64,000 nucleotides of DNA from Prorocentrum cordatum. Lineage: Eukaryota. The notes under the pieces are model-generated. The model was not told the DNA's origin. It saw nothing but the letters and a program-made list of their open reading frames with translations, and did no database searches. Location of the stretch: positions 2,232,001 to 2,296,000 of the forward strand of contig CAUYUJ010000001.1 of the NCBI GenBank assembly GCA_963575745.1, read 5' to 3'. A program made the translations under genes and the position numbers. This document shows positions 23,478 through 35,329 of the stretch, in pieces (position 1 is the first letter of the stretch; each line of letters begins with the position of its first letter).

Positions 23478-24410
23478 TGGTGTGTGTGTGTGTGGTGTGT
23501 GTGTGGTGTGTGAGTGTGTGTGTGGTGTTGTGTGTATGTGTGTGTATGTGTGTTGTGTGTGTGTGTTCTGTGTGTTATGTGTTTGTTGTGTGTGTGGTGT
23601 GTGTTGTGTGCGTGTTGTGTGTGTTGTGTGTGGTGTGTGTGTGTGTTGTGTGTTGTGTGTGTTGTGTGTGTTGTGTGTGTTGTGTGTTGTGTGTTGTGTG
23701 TTGTGTGTGTTGTGTGTGTGTTGTGTGTGTTGTGTGTTGTGTGTGTTGTGTGTTGTGTGTTGTGTGTGTTGTGTGTTGTGTGCGTTGTGTGTGCTGTGTG
23801 TGTTGTGTGCTGTGTGTGTTGTGTGTTGTGTGCTGTTTGTTGTGTGTTGTGTGTGTTGTGCGTTGTGTGTTTTGTGTGTTGTGTGTGTTGTGTGTGCTGT
23901 GTGGTGTGTGTTGTGTGTGTTGTGTGTGTTGTGTGTTGTGTGTGTTGTGTGTGTTGTGTGTCTTGTATGTGTGTTGTGTGTGTGCGTGTTGTGTGTGCGT
24001 GTGCGTGTGCGTGCGTGCGCGCGCGTGCGCGTGCGTGCGCGTGCGTGTGCGTGCGCGTGTGCGTGCGCGTGCGTGCATGCGCGTGCGTGCGTGCGTGCGT
24101 GCGTGCGTGTGTGAGTGCGTGCGTGTGTGCGTGTGTGCGTTTGTGCGTGTGTACGTGAATGCGTGTGTGCGTGTGTGCGTGTGTGCGTGTGTGCGAGCGT
24201 GCGTGCGTGCGTGCGGGCGGGTGTGTGCGTGTGCGTGTGCGTGTGCGTGTGCGTGTGCGTGTGCGTGTGCGTGTGCGTGTGCGTGTGCGTGTGCGTGTGC
24301 GTGTGCGTGCGAGTGTGCGTGTGCGTGTGCGCGTGCGCGTGTGCGTGTGCGTGTGCGTGTGCGTGTGCGTGTGCGTGTGCGTGCGCGTGCGCGTGTGCGT
24401 GTGCGTGCGC

Positions 24411-24454
<44 letters not shown>

Positions 24455-24646
24455 TTGTGTGTTTGTGTGTGTGGTGTTGTGTGTGTTTGTGTGTTTGTGT
24501 GTTTGTGTTTGTGTGTTGTGTGTTTGTGTGTGGTGTGTGTGGTGTGTGTGGTGTGTGTGGTGTGTGGTGTGTGTGGTGTGTGTGGTGTGTGTGTGGTGTG
24601 TGCGGTGTGTGTGGTGTGTATGTGTGGTGTGCGTGTGTGTGTGTGT
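23478..24646. repeat. Compound (GT)n/(GCGT)n/(GCGTGT)n microsatellite
   Basis: Directly visible. Confidence 0.97.
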
Positions 24647-26483
24647 TGGGAGGGGAGGGGCGGGGGGGGGGGCACATTCGCGAGATGGCGCCGCTTGTTG
24701 GCTCGTCTTTGCATTTGCGCAGGCCCGGGCAGAATTGGCCTCCGCGTGGATCCCGGCCACCGCGTTCGGACTCGGCTTGGTTCGCGGGCGTGGCTGCGCT
24801 GTGCTGTGACCGTCGTCTCTTTGGCCCTTGGTCGCGCGGTTCGCGCAACCTCCCTCTGAAGCAGGAGTAGGGATGCCCGCGCTGGCTTGGCAGTGGAGCC
24901 GCTTTCGCACCGGGCGGCGGGCCCGTTCACGCCCGCCTCGGGAGCTGGCGCAGAAGGGCAGCCAGGCGTTGCTCAGCAGCGGCCCCCTCGCGCTCGAGGC
25001 GGTGAGCGCCGAGACCACGAAGGCATACTTTGCCCGCAGGCCCGGCGAACGCGCGGGCCGGTCGAGCAGCTCCGGGGCGGTGCGTAGCAGAGTGAAGCCC
25101 AGCAGGAGGCGGGAACGCGCGTGGCGGAGCGGCCGTCCGCGCAGGGGAGCGAGCGGAGGGGCGAGATGGAGGCCGAGAAGACCTGCGGCCCCGCAGGCTT
25201 GGATCCTCCCCCTGGGCGCGACGGCGATCCTTGAGCTCCTCGGCCCGAGGGGGCGGGGGAGCCCCCGCTGGCGAGGCCCCGGCAGCTGCGGCGTCTGCAG
25301 GCCGATGGCGTTGGGCAGACCGAGGCCGTGGCCGTGGCTCTCAAGAGAGAGCTCGGCGACACCACGGCGCCCGAAATTTGTCGAACGAGCACAAGACGGC
25401 ATCAGCATAAATCTTAGGAGCTCCGTGCGGATTGCTTCGATCTGCTCGCGAGGGGTGGACCTCCAACAGTTTCTGCTTATGCGGGAGATCGAGCAAAACA
25501 GGACAATGACGAAGCCAAACGCCAAAACGATGACGCCGCCGACGGCGCCGACGAGCCTTACCTTACTTCGTCGTTCGTCGTCGTCGTTCGTGTTTCTCTC
25601 GTTGTCCACTGCCCCCACCACCAGGCCCCGGCTCGCCCTCTCCCGCGGCCCCTGGTGGGGCCTCGGATCCGCCCCATGCTCCTTCGCAGCCATGCCCTGG
25701 TGTTCGGGGCTGTTTCGTCTTCTTCTTTTTCTTCTTCTTCTTCGCCCTCGCTCCGTTCGCCACCCGCCCCCCCCCACACCCCCTTCCTGAAGAGGCCGTC
25801 GTGGAGGCCCTCAAGAGCCCTTCCTCCCCTCTCCGGCCTTCCTGCGATGGCCAGGGCTGGGCCAGGGTAGGGCCTTTCTGGATCGCCGTCCGTCCGGCTG
25901 TCCTGCGAAAGAGGCCGCGCTTCCGCGGACCCTCACCGGATCCGAAAGGGTCCAACCAACGAACCGACTTGCTGGCCCCCCCCCTCACCCACCCCGCCCC
26001 CAGCACCCCGCGCCTCGTGGCCCAGCCGCGCAGGATGCCACGGCACGGCGCGCGGCCCTTGTCCTCTCCGTGGCCGCGGCTCGTTCGCTCGTCTCTGGCC
26101 CCCTCCCCGCGGCCACGTCTTAAGGCACAGCTGCCCCTGGTCCCATCCTTCAGTCGCTGCCAGAAGTCTTCGTCACTCGTTCGCTCGTCGCCCTTCCCCC
26201 TCCTGCCTCATCGCGACGCCCCCCCCCCCCCCCAAAAGGCTCCAGGATGGCCCCGAGATGCTCCCCCTCTTCGCTGTGCTCGAGCAAGGGCCAGGCCACG
26301 CGTGCTACGCGTTTTCGATTGTCATCGCTCCCAGATCCCAGCCCTGAGACGGCTCCCAGTGGCCTCCCAAGTGGCCCACAACCGCCCCAACATGGCTCGA
26401 ACACGCCCTCGGAGCCCACGCGGGCAGCCGATTTGTGATTCTAACACGATGGCCCAGGGAACCTCAATACGCACAGGCAGTCC

Positions 26484-26505
26484 GTCGTACCCATTTTGGC
26501 TCAAG
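26484..26505 (+). other. Genomic relict dinoflagellate spliced leader upstream of RPL34
   Basis: gtcgtacccattttggctcaag versus DCCGTAGCCATTTTGGCTCAAG (20/22), 66 nt before the ATG. Confidence 0.9.
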
Positions 26506-26571
26506 GCCGCGCCTCTGAGCCACGCTAGGGTTTCTGCGGACACCGAGCCTCAGCGCGCACGGGAAGCAGCG

Positions 26572-27108
26572 ATGGTGCAGCGCTTGACATACCGGAAGCA
26601 CATCCGCTACAACACCAAGGGCAACAAACAGAGGAAGGTGAAGACACCGGGTGGGAGATTGGTCTTCCAGCAGCTGAAGAAAAAGGCGTCGCCGCCCAAG
26701 TGCGGCGATTGCGGCAAGGCGCTCATCGGGATCCCTTGCTTGCGGCCGAAGGAGTACAGGCTCCTCAAGAGCCGCGAGAAGCGCGTTAACAGGGCCTACG
26801 GCGGGTCCCGCTGCGCCAGCTGCGTGCGCTCGCGGGTGATGCGGGCGTTCCTCATCTGATGGGCAAGTTTCCCACCACCATTGCCACAGGTAGGACGGGG
26901 GAGAAGAGAAGATGTGGAGGTCCTCCTCCTCCTCCTCCTCCTCCTCCTCCTCCTCCTCCTCCTCTTCCTCCTCCTACCAATTCTAGTGGTGGTGGAACAT
27001 CGGCCCATCATCATCGAGGAGCAGAAGTGCGTGAAGCAGGTCTTGGCCGAGAAGATGTCTCAGAGCAAGGAGAAAGACGCGCCCAAGAGGAAGAAGGCCA
27101 AGGCCTGA
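26572..27108 (+). CDS. RPL34: 60S ribosomal protein L34 (eL34) retrogene, interrupted at 26857-27015; possibly a pseudogene
   Basis: MVQRLTYRKHIRYNTKGNKQRKVKTPGGRL...CGDCG...RAYGGSRCASCVRSRVMRAFLI (26572-26856) joined to EEQKCVKQVLAEK...KAKA* (27016-27108). Confidence 0.93.
26857..27010. mobile_element. 154-bp TIR element (MITE/Introner-like) in RPL34
   Basis: Ends tgatgggcaagtttcccaccacca / tggtggtggaacatcggcccatca are imperfect inverted repeats; TSD TCATC at 26852-26856 and 27011-27015; internal (CCT)n. Confidence 0.85.
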
Positions 27109-27191
27109 GCGGCTGGACCACGCACGCCGAGGATCCCTGCGGCCGTGCATTGCACTGGTCGAAGCTCGCGGACATCCACAAAATACATAGA

Positions 27192-27350
27192 CCTCCTCCT
27201 CCTCCTCCTCCTCCTCCTCCACCTCTCCTCTCCTCCTCCTCCTCCTCCTCCTCCTCCTCCTCCTCCTCCCTCCTCCCTCCTCCCTCCTCCTCCTCCCTCC
27301 TCCCTCCTCCCTCCTCCCTCCTTCTCCTCCTCTTCCTCCTCCTTCTCCTC
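27192..27350. repeat. (CCT)n-rich tract
   Basis: Directly visible. Confidence 0.9.
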
Positions 27351-28651
27351 CGCGGCGGTAGTTGGCGGAAGCAACACGAGGGCTGTTCTGCTGGCGGGAG
27401 CTCGGCGTCAGCAAGCGGGAGTAGCAGATGCCGGCCAGGAGATATCATGCTTGAGAGTGCCGAGGTTTTTGGAGCGGGGCAAGAGTGTTGCAGACGCTGG
27501 TAATCTTCCTCGTCGGGCTGGATTGTTCGACCGTTGCAGTGGCCGCAGCGATGCCATCTCCATTCGCCGTCGTAGGATGTTTGTCTTCAGGCCCCCGCCC
27601 AGCCGCAAGTATTTTGTGTTGGCTGAGGTCGCAAACGGGTCAAGGCGCATACCAAGAGCAGGGGGCCGCGCCAGCGAGCTCGGTACCACGCCACGATACA
27701 CAGAAGAGTAACAAATCAGTGAGGGACTATTGGACGGCATCCCCCGATGATGGCCTTTGGAGGTGGGCGTAGGGCCTCCACTGGTGCTCCTCCCCGCTCC
27801 TGTCCGTTGTCGAAGACGCCTACGGCGAGTCACCGCCGCCCCCTGCCTTTTGGAATCGCCCATGTGGCCGAGTGTTGTGGCAAGAGCTCTGCCAAGCTAT
27901 CGGACCATGTGTTCCCCCAACCGTTGTGAAACACCTTCGGGCAACACTTGGGGGAGGATGGCGGGGAAGATGGGAAGCTCAGGAGGAGGAGGAGGAGGAG
28001 GAGGAGGAGGAGGGGGCATCCTGGAACATCTGGAGGCACTCTTGGGGCCTCCTAAGGCCGCAAACATTGGAAACAAACACGGTTGGTCAGTGGTGTCTGA
28101 TTCCTCGACGTGCGGAAAGCCATGCGAGACGGCCCAAGAGTCGCGCGACGAGCCACAGGAGATCTGGCAGCTGGGGCTCCAGCAGGAGAGCCCGAAGAGG
28201 CCTGAGGACACTCCACTCGGTGCATGGCGGCACGGCGGCGGATCCTCAGCGCACGGCCCCGAGGATCGTCCACGGGCTCGAGGACCCGCGGGGGGTGCAG
28301 GCTCGGGCCTCCCCGGCGCCTGGGAGGGGCCAGGGGATCGAGGCCTCCAGGCTTCGGGGACGCGCCCTGGCTCCCAGGAGCGTCGAGCGTCTTGGCATCG
28401 CTCGGACGTGTGCATTCTTTTCGGCGGGGACCCTCGAGAAGCATCCTGGCTCCTCTTGGGGAAAAGGAGCGCACGAAACCGAGAAATGGTCGGGGCATGG
28501 ACGTCTGAGCGGTGGCGAGGTCAAGCCTGAGATGCGCGGCACACCGCCACCTGTCGGATTGCCAAGTCAACGGACGGCCGGGTGGTCGTCGAACGAGGGC
28601 GTGGGGCGAGCCCGTGCTCCATGCTTCACAAGGCTCAAAGAGAGACGGATC

Positions 28652-28823
28652 TCGGGGCTGGACAGAACCCCCAATAGTGACACGTCGATTAGTGAATTGT
28701 CCGTTTTCGGTTTTCGAGAGGGCGCCGTGGCCGTCAGTTTCCAGGCTTTCGCCCGCCAGATTTGGGCCCGAGGTCGTTTTCACTAAACCACGTTTTGCTA
28801 AAGGGGGTTCTGTCCATCCCCGA
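28652..28823. mobile_element. 172-bp MITE
   Basis: TIR tcgggg(c/a)tggacagaaccccc...ttagtgaa (~45 bp, imperfect); TSD GGATC at 28647-28651 and 28824-28828. Confidence 0.88.
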
Positions 28824-29768
28824 GGATCGGGGGTTGCTACAGGCGCCCCTGGCCGAAGGTACCCCCAGCTTTTCGCTCCATGTTGGAGCCCCTGGGGCCC
28901 TCTGGGCCTCGTGAAGGGGGCTCTGGAGGCCGTGCGGGGCCTCCCGGGAAATCCTGGGGGCACCTTGGCCCTGGTGCACTTCCAGCAACACGCAAACAGA
29001 GGCGGGCGGCGCGGCGAATAATATGAGGATGGCCTGGAAGGAGGAGGAACGAGGCATGCTGAGGGAGCAAGGAGGAGAGAGCGGCACGAGCGAGCAGCGA
29101 GGGGCGAGGAGGAGGGCGGGAAGGGGGCAGGAGAAGGCAGGAGGACGAGGAGAAGAAGCATCGGCGAGAGCGGGAGAAGCATGGAGAGCAGCAGGAGGAG
29201 GAGGAAGAGGGAGGGGGGAGGGCGGCCCAGTCCAGCACAACGTTCTCGTGATTGGGCGGATGAGTCAAAGATCCAAGCCATCCATGATTGGCCTAGTCCG
29301 AAATTGCCGTCGCAATGGCAAAACCGTCGTTCGCGCTTGGCGTCACGGTCGGCCCGCCATGAAACGAGGAGGATCGGTGCAGACGCGCACGCATGTGGTA
29401 TAGCGAAGGAGCGTATCCACCGACAGGTGTGCTGTTGTATAGATGTGTTCGTCCTCACGTACCTGCTGTCTCTGTCATGTGCCGATCGTGAAAATACCAT
29501 CGTCGTTGTTCACTACCGGGTTGGGTTGGGCTGGCTTGGTGGGTAGTCAGTTGTCCACCCAGCATCTGCAAGTTGCCGACGTCCCCGCTCGCCTGGGCTG
29601 CCGCAGCAGCACCGCGTGTGTCTGCCCACCCTGGTACACACATTGTAAAAGATGCAAAGCGTTCGTGGGCCAAGCTGCTGAGGAGTCTGCTCCGTACCAG
29701 GCGGATCATCAAATGAGGAAAAACATCAAAAAACCACATGGGGCGTTCCAAAAGGTGCCTTGCATGCG

Positions 29769-29805
29769 ACCATCGCCATTTTGGCTCAAGCCATTTTGGC
29801 TCAAG
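29769..29805 (+). other. Tandem DinoSL: full 22-nt leader plus 15-nt relict
   Basis: accatcgccattttggctcaag (20/22 to DinoSL) immediately followed by ccattttggctcaag. Confidence 0.93.
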
Positions 29806-29939
29806 GCAGCTGGCCAGGTCAGCTCGGGCCTGTCTTCAGGCTCGGCCCTCGACACACGGGTTTGGGGGCAGGCCCTTTTGGCACAACCTCATCCAGTCTC
29901 ACTTTCGCAAGTTGTGAGTTCAGAGTCACCCGCGCAGCC

Positions 29940-30767
29940 ATGGGAGATGCCGCGTCTGAGTGGTTATCGGCCTTCGTCACAGGACAGTTCGCTGCATTGA
30001 CGAAGACGGTCACCGACACGAACAGCCAGCTGACGGGCCAGATCAAACAACTGGACGGACGGATGGCTGCACTCGACATCAAAGTAGAGCAGATGGAGAT
30101 ACGTATCCAAGCTTCAGAAGAAGCTATGAAGACAGCATCAGTGACAGCCTCCAGCACGCTTGGCACAGACAGGACGAAGCGGGCTAGAGTGGGTATGACA
30201 ACTGGGACAGACACCAGCGATTCATGTAGAATGTGGGCGAGTGGATATCCACGCGCTGTTCTTGCTGCCGCGGGACAGACGACCTGGCAGCAGCTCCAGC
30301 AAGGAGCACCGAGCCACCTCGTGGACGGCACCACAGCGCAGTTTGCAAAAACGAGTCAAAGTTTCTCCATCCACTTCAAGAATGAGGACACGGCAAAGAA
30401 AGTCAAATAATGGTTGCAGCTTCAATGGAAGGATGCGCGAGACGGATCATGTCATGCTCTACGCATTCGCACCGACCTCCCAAATGACGTCCGTCATCGA
30501 CAGAGACGCATGTCACATTTACGGGCGCCGATCGTTCAGTTCTTGAAGAATAACAAGAAGTACCAAGCCGACTACAAGATCGGCGCAAACGGGTTCCGCA
30601 ACGAGTTCTTCATCCGCACATCCGGTGACTTATTCATCTTGGCAAAGGGTGAACAGGACGGGCTCGGCCGGCTGGTGCTCAAGCCCAGCAAGAGCGACCT
30701 CGCCTTCTGGGGCATTCCCGTAGACCAGATGCAGCAGTGGATTGACGGATGCGGCAGTGCACGCTGA
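29940..30767 (+). pseudogene. LINE ORF1 (coiled-coil N-terminus; in-frame TAA 30408-30410)
   Basis: MGDAASEW...LTGQIKQLDGRMAALDIKVEQMEIRIQASE heptads; the frame continues to 30767 (LRIRTDLP). Confidence 0.7.
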
Positions 30768-30953
30768 TGGTCTCCGACGCCAGCTTTTCCGGCGGCACGC
30801 TGCGCGGGGGCGACAGAGGACATCGCCGCAAACACGCATTCGCAGATCACATGCTCATCGTCTTCATGCTCCTCGTCCACGTCGAGCGCCTCCTCTTCCT
30901 GCTCTTCTGACTCTGTTCACGATCTGGCTAGCCAGCCAGGCGATCCCCATTTT

Positions 30954-33900
30954 TTGCAGCCGCTGCCGCCTCTGATTGTTCCCGACTGGCCCCGCGGCCA
31001 GCACGCAGTGCACCGGCGGCCTTTTCTCCGCGCCTCCTCGCTTGATATCGTTTCCTGGAATGCACCTGGTCTCATCGGCCCGGCGCGGGCCCGTCGCCAG
31101 GTGAATGTTTCGATTAGGTACAAGAAATCCCTCGGACTCTGTGAGCGCCACAAAATTGCCTGCGTTCAGGAGACTCACGGGACTATCGCCGTCGCCAACT
31201 GTAAACGACAAGAATTTCGACATGCGAATGTAGGTTGCACTATGTTTCAGGACTCCACCAGGGCTGGAGGGCCTGTCACTTTCATCGCTGCTGATCTTGC
31301 ACGGCAGTTTCATACCGTTAAACACCATGTGATTTAGGGAGGCAAGATGCTAATGAGTGTCATGTTGGGGGACAAAGGGAACTTGGCTGTCATGGATGTC
31401 CACATGCCGAACACGTGCGAGTCGCTAGCAGTCTATGCATCCAGCCTTGACGAGCTACTTGAGGTTTTACCGCCTGCCGAGCAGCGTCTTCCAATTATCC
31501 TGGGGGACTGGAATTCCACCTTGGAGGAGGAAGGGAGGATGTATCCTGACGGGGCGGGCCGGTCCCGAGGTGACACGCGTTCCCACGCGCTCTTTAACCA
31601 GAAGTGCTCGGATCGGAGTGAATTCTTTCAAGCAGATGACACTCGTCGGGAGATGAGGGGCGGCAACATTGCCCACGCCGCGCGTTTCGACCGCATCTGC
31701 TTCAACATTCGAGCGGCGGTCGCGGCTGACCTTACTATCCGCGCTTCAGTCATAGGTAAGCTCTGTCAGGCCCGCGTCCCTGATCACATCCCAGTGTTTG
31801 TCGTAATTGGCACTTTCAAGCCCCCCAATGGCCCGAATAGCGGGGCCCCCAACTGGATTAGCAGGAGCGAAGTCTACCAATAACTACTTGGCACGGAGCT
31901 CAGCAACAACGCCGTGGAGTTTCATTCAGCACATGTAGCTGATGCTCTGAAGGCTGTTAAGGCTATCATGTGCTCAGTGGTCAAGCGCGCGGCATCTCCT
32001 TTCCAATCAAGTTGCTTCGACATTTATTTTGAAGCATCACTGGCGCATGGTAGCCCTGAGGGGGATACGTGCACAGCAGGACCACATGGTGTGCAAGGCT
32101 GTCAGTTGCGATCCCGAGCTTCAGAGGTTCTTTGACTGCGAGACCCTGCTCTGTCACGACCGCCATGGTCATTGTGAATTGACGCAGGAGATTTATGTTA
32201 TGATTCTAACTGAGGAGGAGGAGGAGATTGAGAACGATAACAGCATGAACGACGATACCAAGAAAGCCGCACTAGCAAAACTACGGGGGGAGATGGAGCT
32301 TTGGAGGGGATTCAGAAGGCGAACATATCTCACTGCCGTACTAGACGCTAACGGAAGCCCGCGTACTCCACTCGAGCAGTTGGCCAACGTGCTTGCCGAA
32401 TATTGGGGGAGTTTTTTTTGCCCGCCAGCTACGGAAGATCGTTCCAGGTGGGCGGAAATTCTGAGACATGTTCAAATGGTTCCCGAGGACCTCGAGGTTT
32501 CCTGGAAGGTTGAATATGCTATTTTTTGAACATATACGACACTGCCGTAGCTCGATGCCTGGGCCAGACGGCATTCCATATGCGCGCTGGCGAATTGGAG
32601 ATGCGCCGAGATACCTCTACAATTTTTATCGTGAGATTACCAGTGGAAATGTTTCAGAGCTGCCTGGCGACATGGGGGAACTACTGCTGATTGCCCTACC
32701 TAAGGGTGAGCAGGAGGGGGACGGGGCAGGGAACAGTATTCGGGATGCAGCATGCACGCGCCCGCTCCCCATGTCTGACACCGGTGCGAAGATCCTCTCT
32801 GCTGCGTTCTGCCACCCATTGAATGAGCTCTCTAAAGTGACTGTCGCACCCCATCCAGAAGCGTGTTAAAGGTAGACAAATGCCCACGATGTAGCGCAGG
32901 CAGAAAGTTGGGGGCTACAACAAGAGTTGCTGGCGCATGACTCGGGCTGCCATCCTCTCGGCTGATTTCTCCGCTGATTTCCCGTCGCTTCTGCATGTTT
33001 GGATGTTTGCCGTGCTCAATGCTATGACTGTCACCTCCTTCATCACTAACTACTACGTCATGCTCTATAAAAATAACCCGGGCGCGGTAACTCTTGGTGG
33101 GCAGAAATCCAGAAGGTTTCCTGTCCAGAGGGGGGTGCGTCAGGGCGACCCTAGCTCTATGGCCCCTTTCTGTATTTGCATTGATCTTGTATTGCGATGG
33201 ATACAACAGACCCCGCCCCACCCATGTTGTTCTGCGCCTTGCGTATGCTGACGACTGTCCTTTGGAATGGTGGATGTCTTTCGCTCGACTACTGCCGCGT
33301 GGCGCATGCTCCCCGTCCTCGAGTCAGCTTTTGGGCTGGCGCTCAACTTTCGCAAGTGCACTGTTCTGATATGTGGGAGGAGGTCAGTGACGTGATGTCC
33401 AAGGAGGCGACGGGTTTGGAGCTGGTGGGAGTAATTTCTGCTATCAAGTACTTGGGGCTGTATATTGGCCCAGACGCCGCCGGCGTGGCATGGGGCGCCC
33501 CGCTCTCGAAATGCGTTGCAAGATGTGCGATGCTCCGACAGCTCGCCCCTGGATATGCGATGACAGTTTCTACCTTTTTGGTAACGTGCCTCTCTGCACT
33601 CCAGTTTGTCCTCCAAGTTGAACCAGTCACGAAACAGGTCATGCATATATAGAAGCACATGCTACAATGCCTTACGAATGGCCCATACAATGCCTTCTCG
33701 TATAACATGCTTGTCTCGCTCCAGAAGCTCAGGATCAATATCGAGTCCCCAGATCTCGTTGCTCTCTCGCGCGCCTGCCGCACCCGTCTCGCTGCGAAGC
33801 GCCCTGGCATTCGCGAGTGCTGGGGCGAGCTGCTGAAGCACACTGAGAGCAACGCAATATGTCATGCCAGAGTTGTCGACCCACTGGGATGGCATCGCAG

Positions 33901-34528
33901 GTCGATTTTCTCTAAGATGTTCGAGGTGGTGCAGAGTGTCCAGAATATTGTGCAGCTCTCCGATCTCCCCCCTGATACTCTCCAACAGAAACTCCACGCC
34001 CGTCTCCGCGCCCTTCCACTCCCTGGACCTACGGTGTTTGAAGGCCTTCAATATCGACTGAGGAAGTGGCTGCCTGAAGTGGATTGCAGTAATCCCCCCC
34101 GTCTTGTCCTTCAAAACCGACGCGACGCAGCAGCGACTTCCCCTTGCCTTGCTATGTGTGTTCTTCGTATATGCACGCGTGCTGCGTGCACGAGTGCTCG
34201 CTTCCACTCTCATCCTCGCGGCTGTGTCTTTGGGTATACTCATCGGGAATATGGGTTTGATATGTCTCGGGACTATAATGATCTACGTCATTACAATTTC
34301 TGCCATCGCTTCCGCGAGTTATGTGTCCAATGGATGGGTACTGCGTTTCCAATTGCCCCTGTGAGGATTCCATTGGTTGCCGCGCTGGTTCAGCTCTATC
34401 CTCTTCCCCCGAATGTGTCGCTGCTGTGTGCCTGCATGTGCGATGCTTTCCTGCATGCTCACCACTGCGCGAGGCTGAGCCTGCCTGGAAGGCCCAGCAA
34501 AACTTTGAAGCTCGCCTCCGTCTTCTGA
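30954..34528 (+). pseudogene. LINE ORF2: AP endonuclease plus reverse transcriptase, multiply disrupted
   Basis: VSWNAPGL, CVQETHG, ILGDWNS, RFDRIC, PDHIPV; PGPDGIPY, RPLPMSDTGAKIL, GVRQGDPSS, AYADD, KYLGLYIG; C-terminal CVFG...HYNFC. Confidence 0.92.
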
Positions 34529-35329
34529 CTCGGAGGCATGTGGCTGTTGCTGAGGCGTGGGTTGACCTCCTGTGCAGGGCCTGGGTGGCTTGCCCCTGCT
34601 GGTGTGTCTTTGGGGGCCGAAACAGCTCTGTCTCAGGGTACGCAATGAACTTCAGGGGCAGTGTCGTCTCTGAACGCTGGCCTTTGGCTCTGGCCGCTGT
34701 GCCACTGGGGAGGCGGCGCGGCATTCATCATCTGATCGTGGCCCGCGGCCAAAACCAAAGCCCTCGCAGCACCCGGTTCCGGAGCTGCGGGGGCGGCGGT
34801 CGAGGCCCCGCGGCTAGCGACGCATTGGAGCGGGGACGACATGGCGACAAGGCCCCCAAAAAAGTGCCTTGCATGCGTGGTTAGAAGAAGCTGTCATCTC
34901 TTCCTCGGCGGCAGGGCGGCGGAAGGTCGGCGGAAGTAAACCGAGGGCGCTTCCGCCAGCGGAAGCCGGCGGAAGCTGGCGGAAGGGCGGCGGAAGGCGG
35001 CGGAAGTGAAAAATGCGCCCCCCAGAGATGAAAACGTTTTTGGGTTCAGGGTTTCCGAAATCCGCCACATTTTGCATATTTTGAACTTTCGGAGGTCTGC
35101 GCGGATTTCGTTCATCGGCGCTGGGCCCCCTCCCCGGCGCGCGGAGCGCGCCGGGGGCGGCGCCAGAGGCGTCGCCGGGTCCAGTGCCGATCCAAGAAAG
35201 TCGCGCGGACCGTCGAACGTTTATGCTTATGTTGTGTCCTCTTCGGGAGATGCACCCCGACCCCGAAAATGAATCGCGTTTACTGAACTGCCCTGGGCGC
35301 TTGCTGAAAAGCTCCTTTCCGCTCGATTC

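Larger units (their letters stand above)
29769..34863 (+). mobile_element. Full-length degenerate non-LTR retrotransposon (APE-type LINE)
   Basis: TSD gtgccttgcatgcg at 29755-29768 and 34864-34877; short A tail at 34858-34863; ORF1 plus ORF2 (APE-RT). Confidence 0.92.

Noticed and set aside
23243..24930. Cys/Val- and His/Thr-rich long ORFs
   Set aside because: Translations of the GT microsatellite.
24860..25700. Minus-strand ORF with one hydrophobic stretch (VGAVGGVIVLAFGFVIVLFC)
   Set aside because: Could be an exon, but no recognisable family or splice chain.
29769..29830. SL RNA gene
   Set aside because: The SL is followed by a second relict and then LINE sequence, inside a TSD; this fits a reverse-transcribed mRNA end, not an SL RNA locus.
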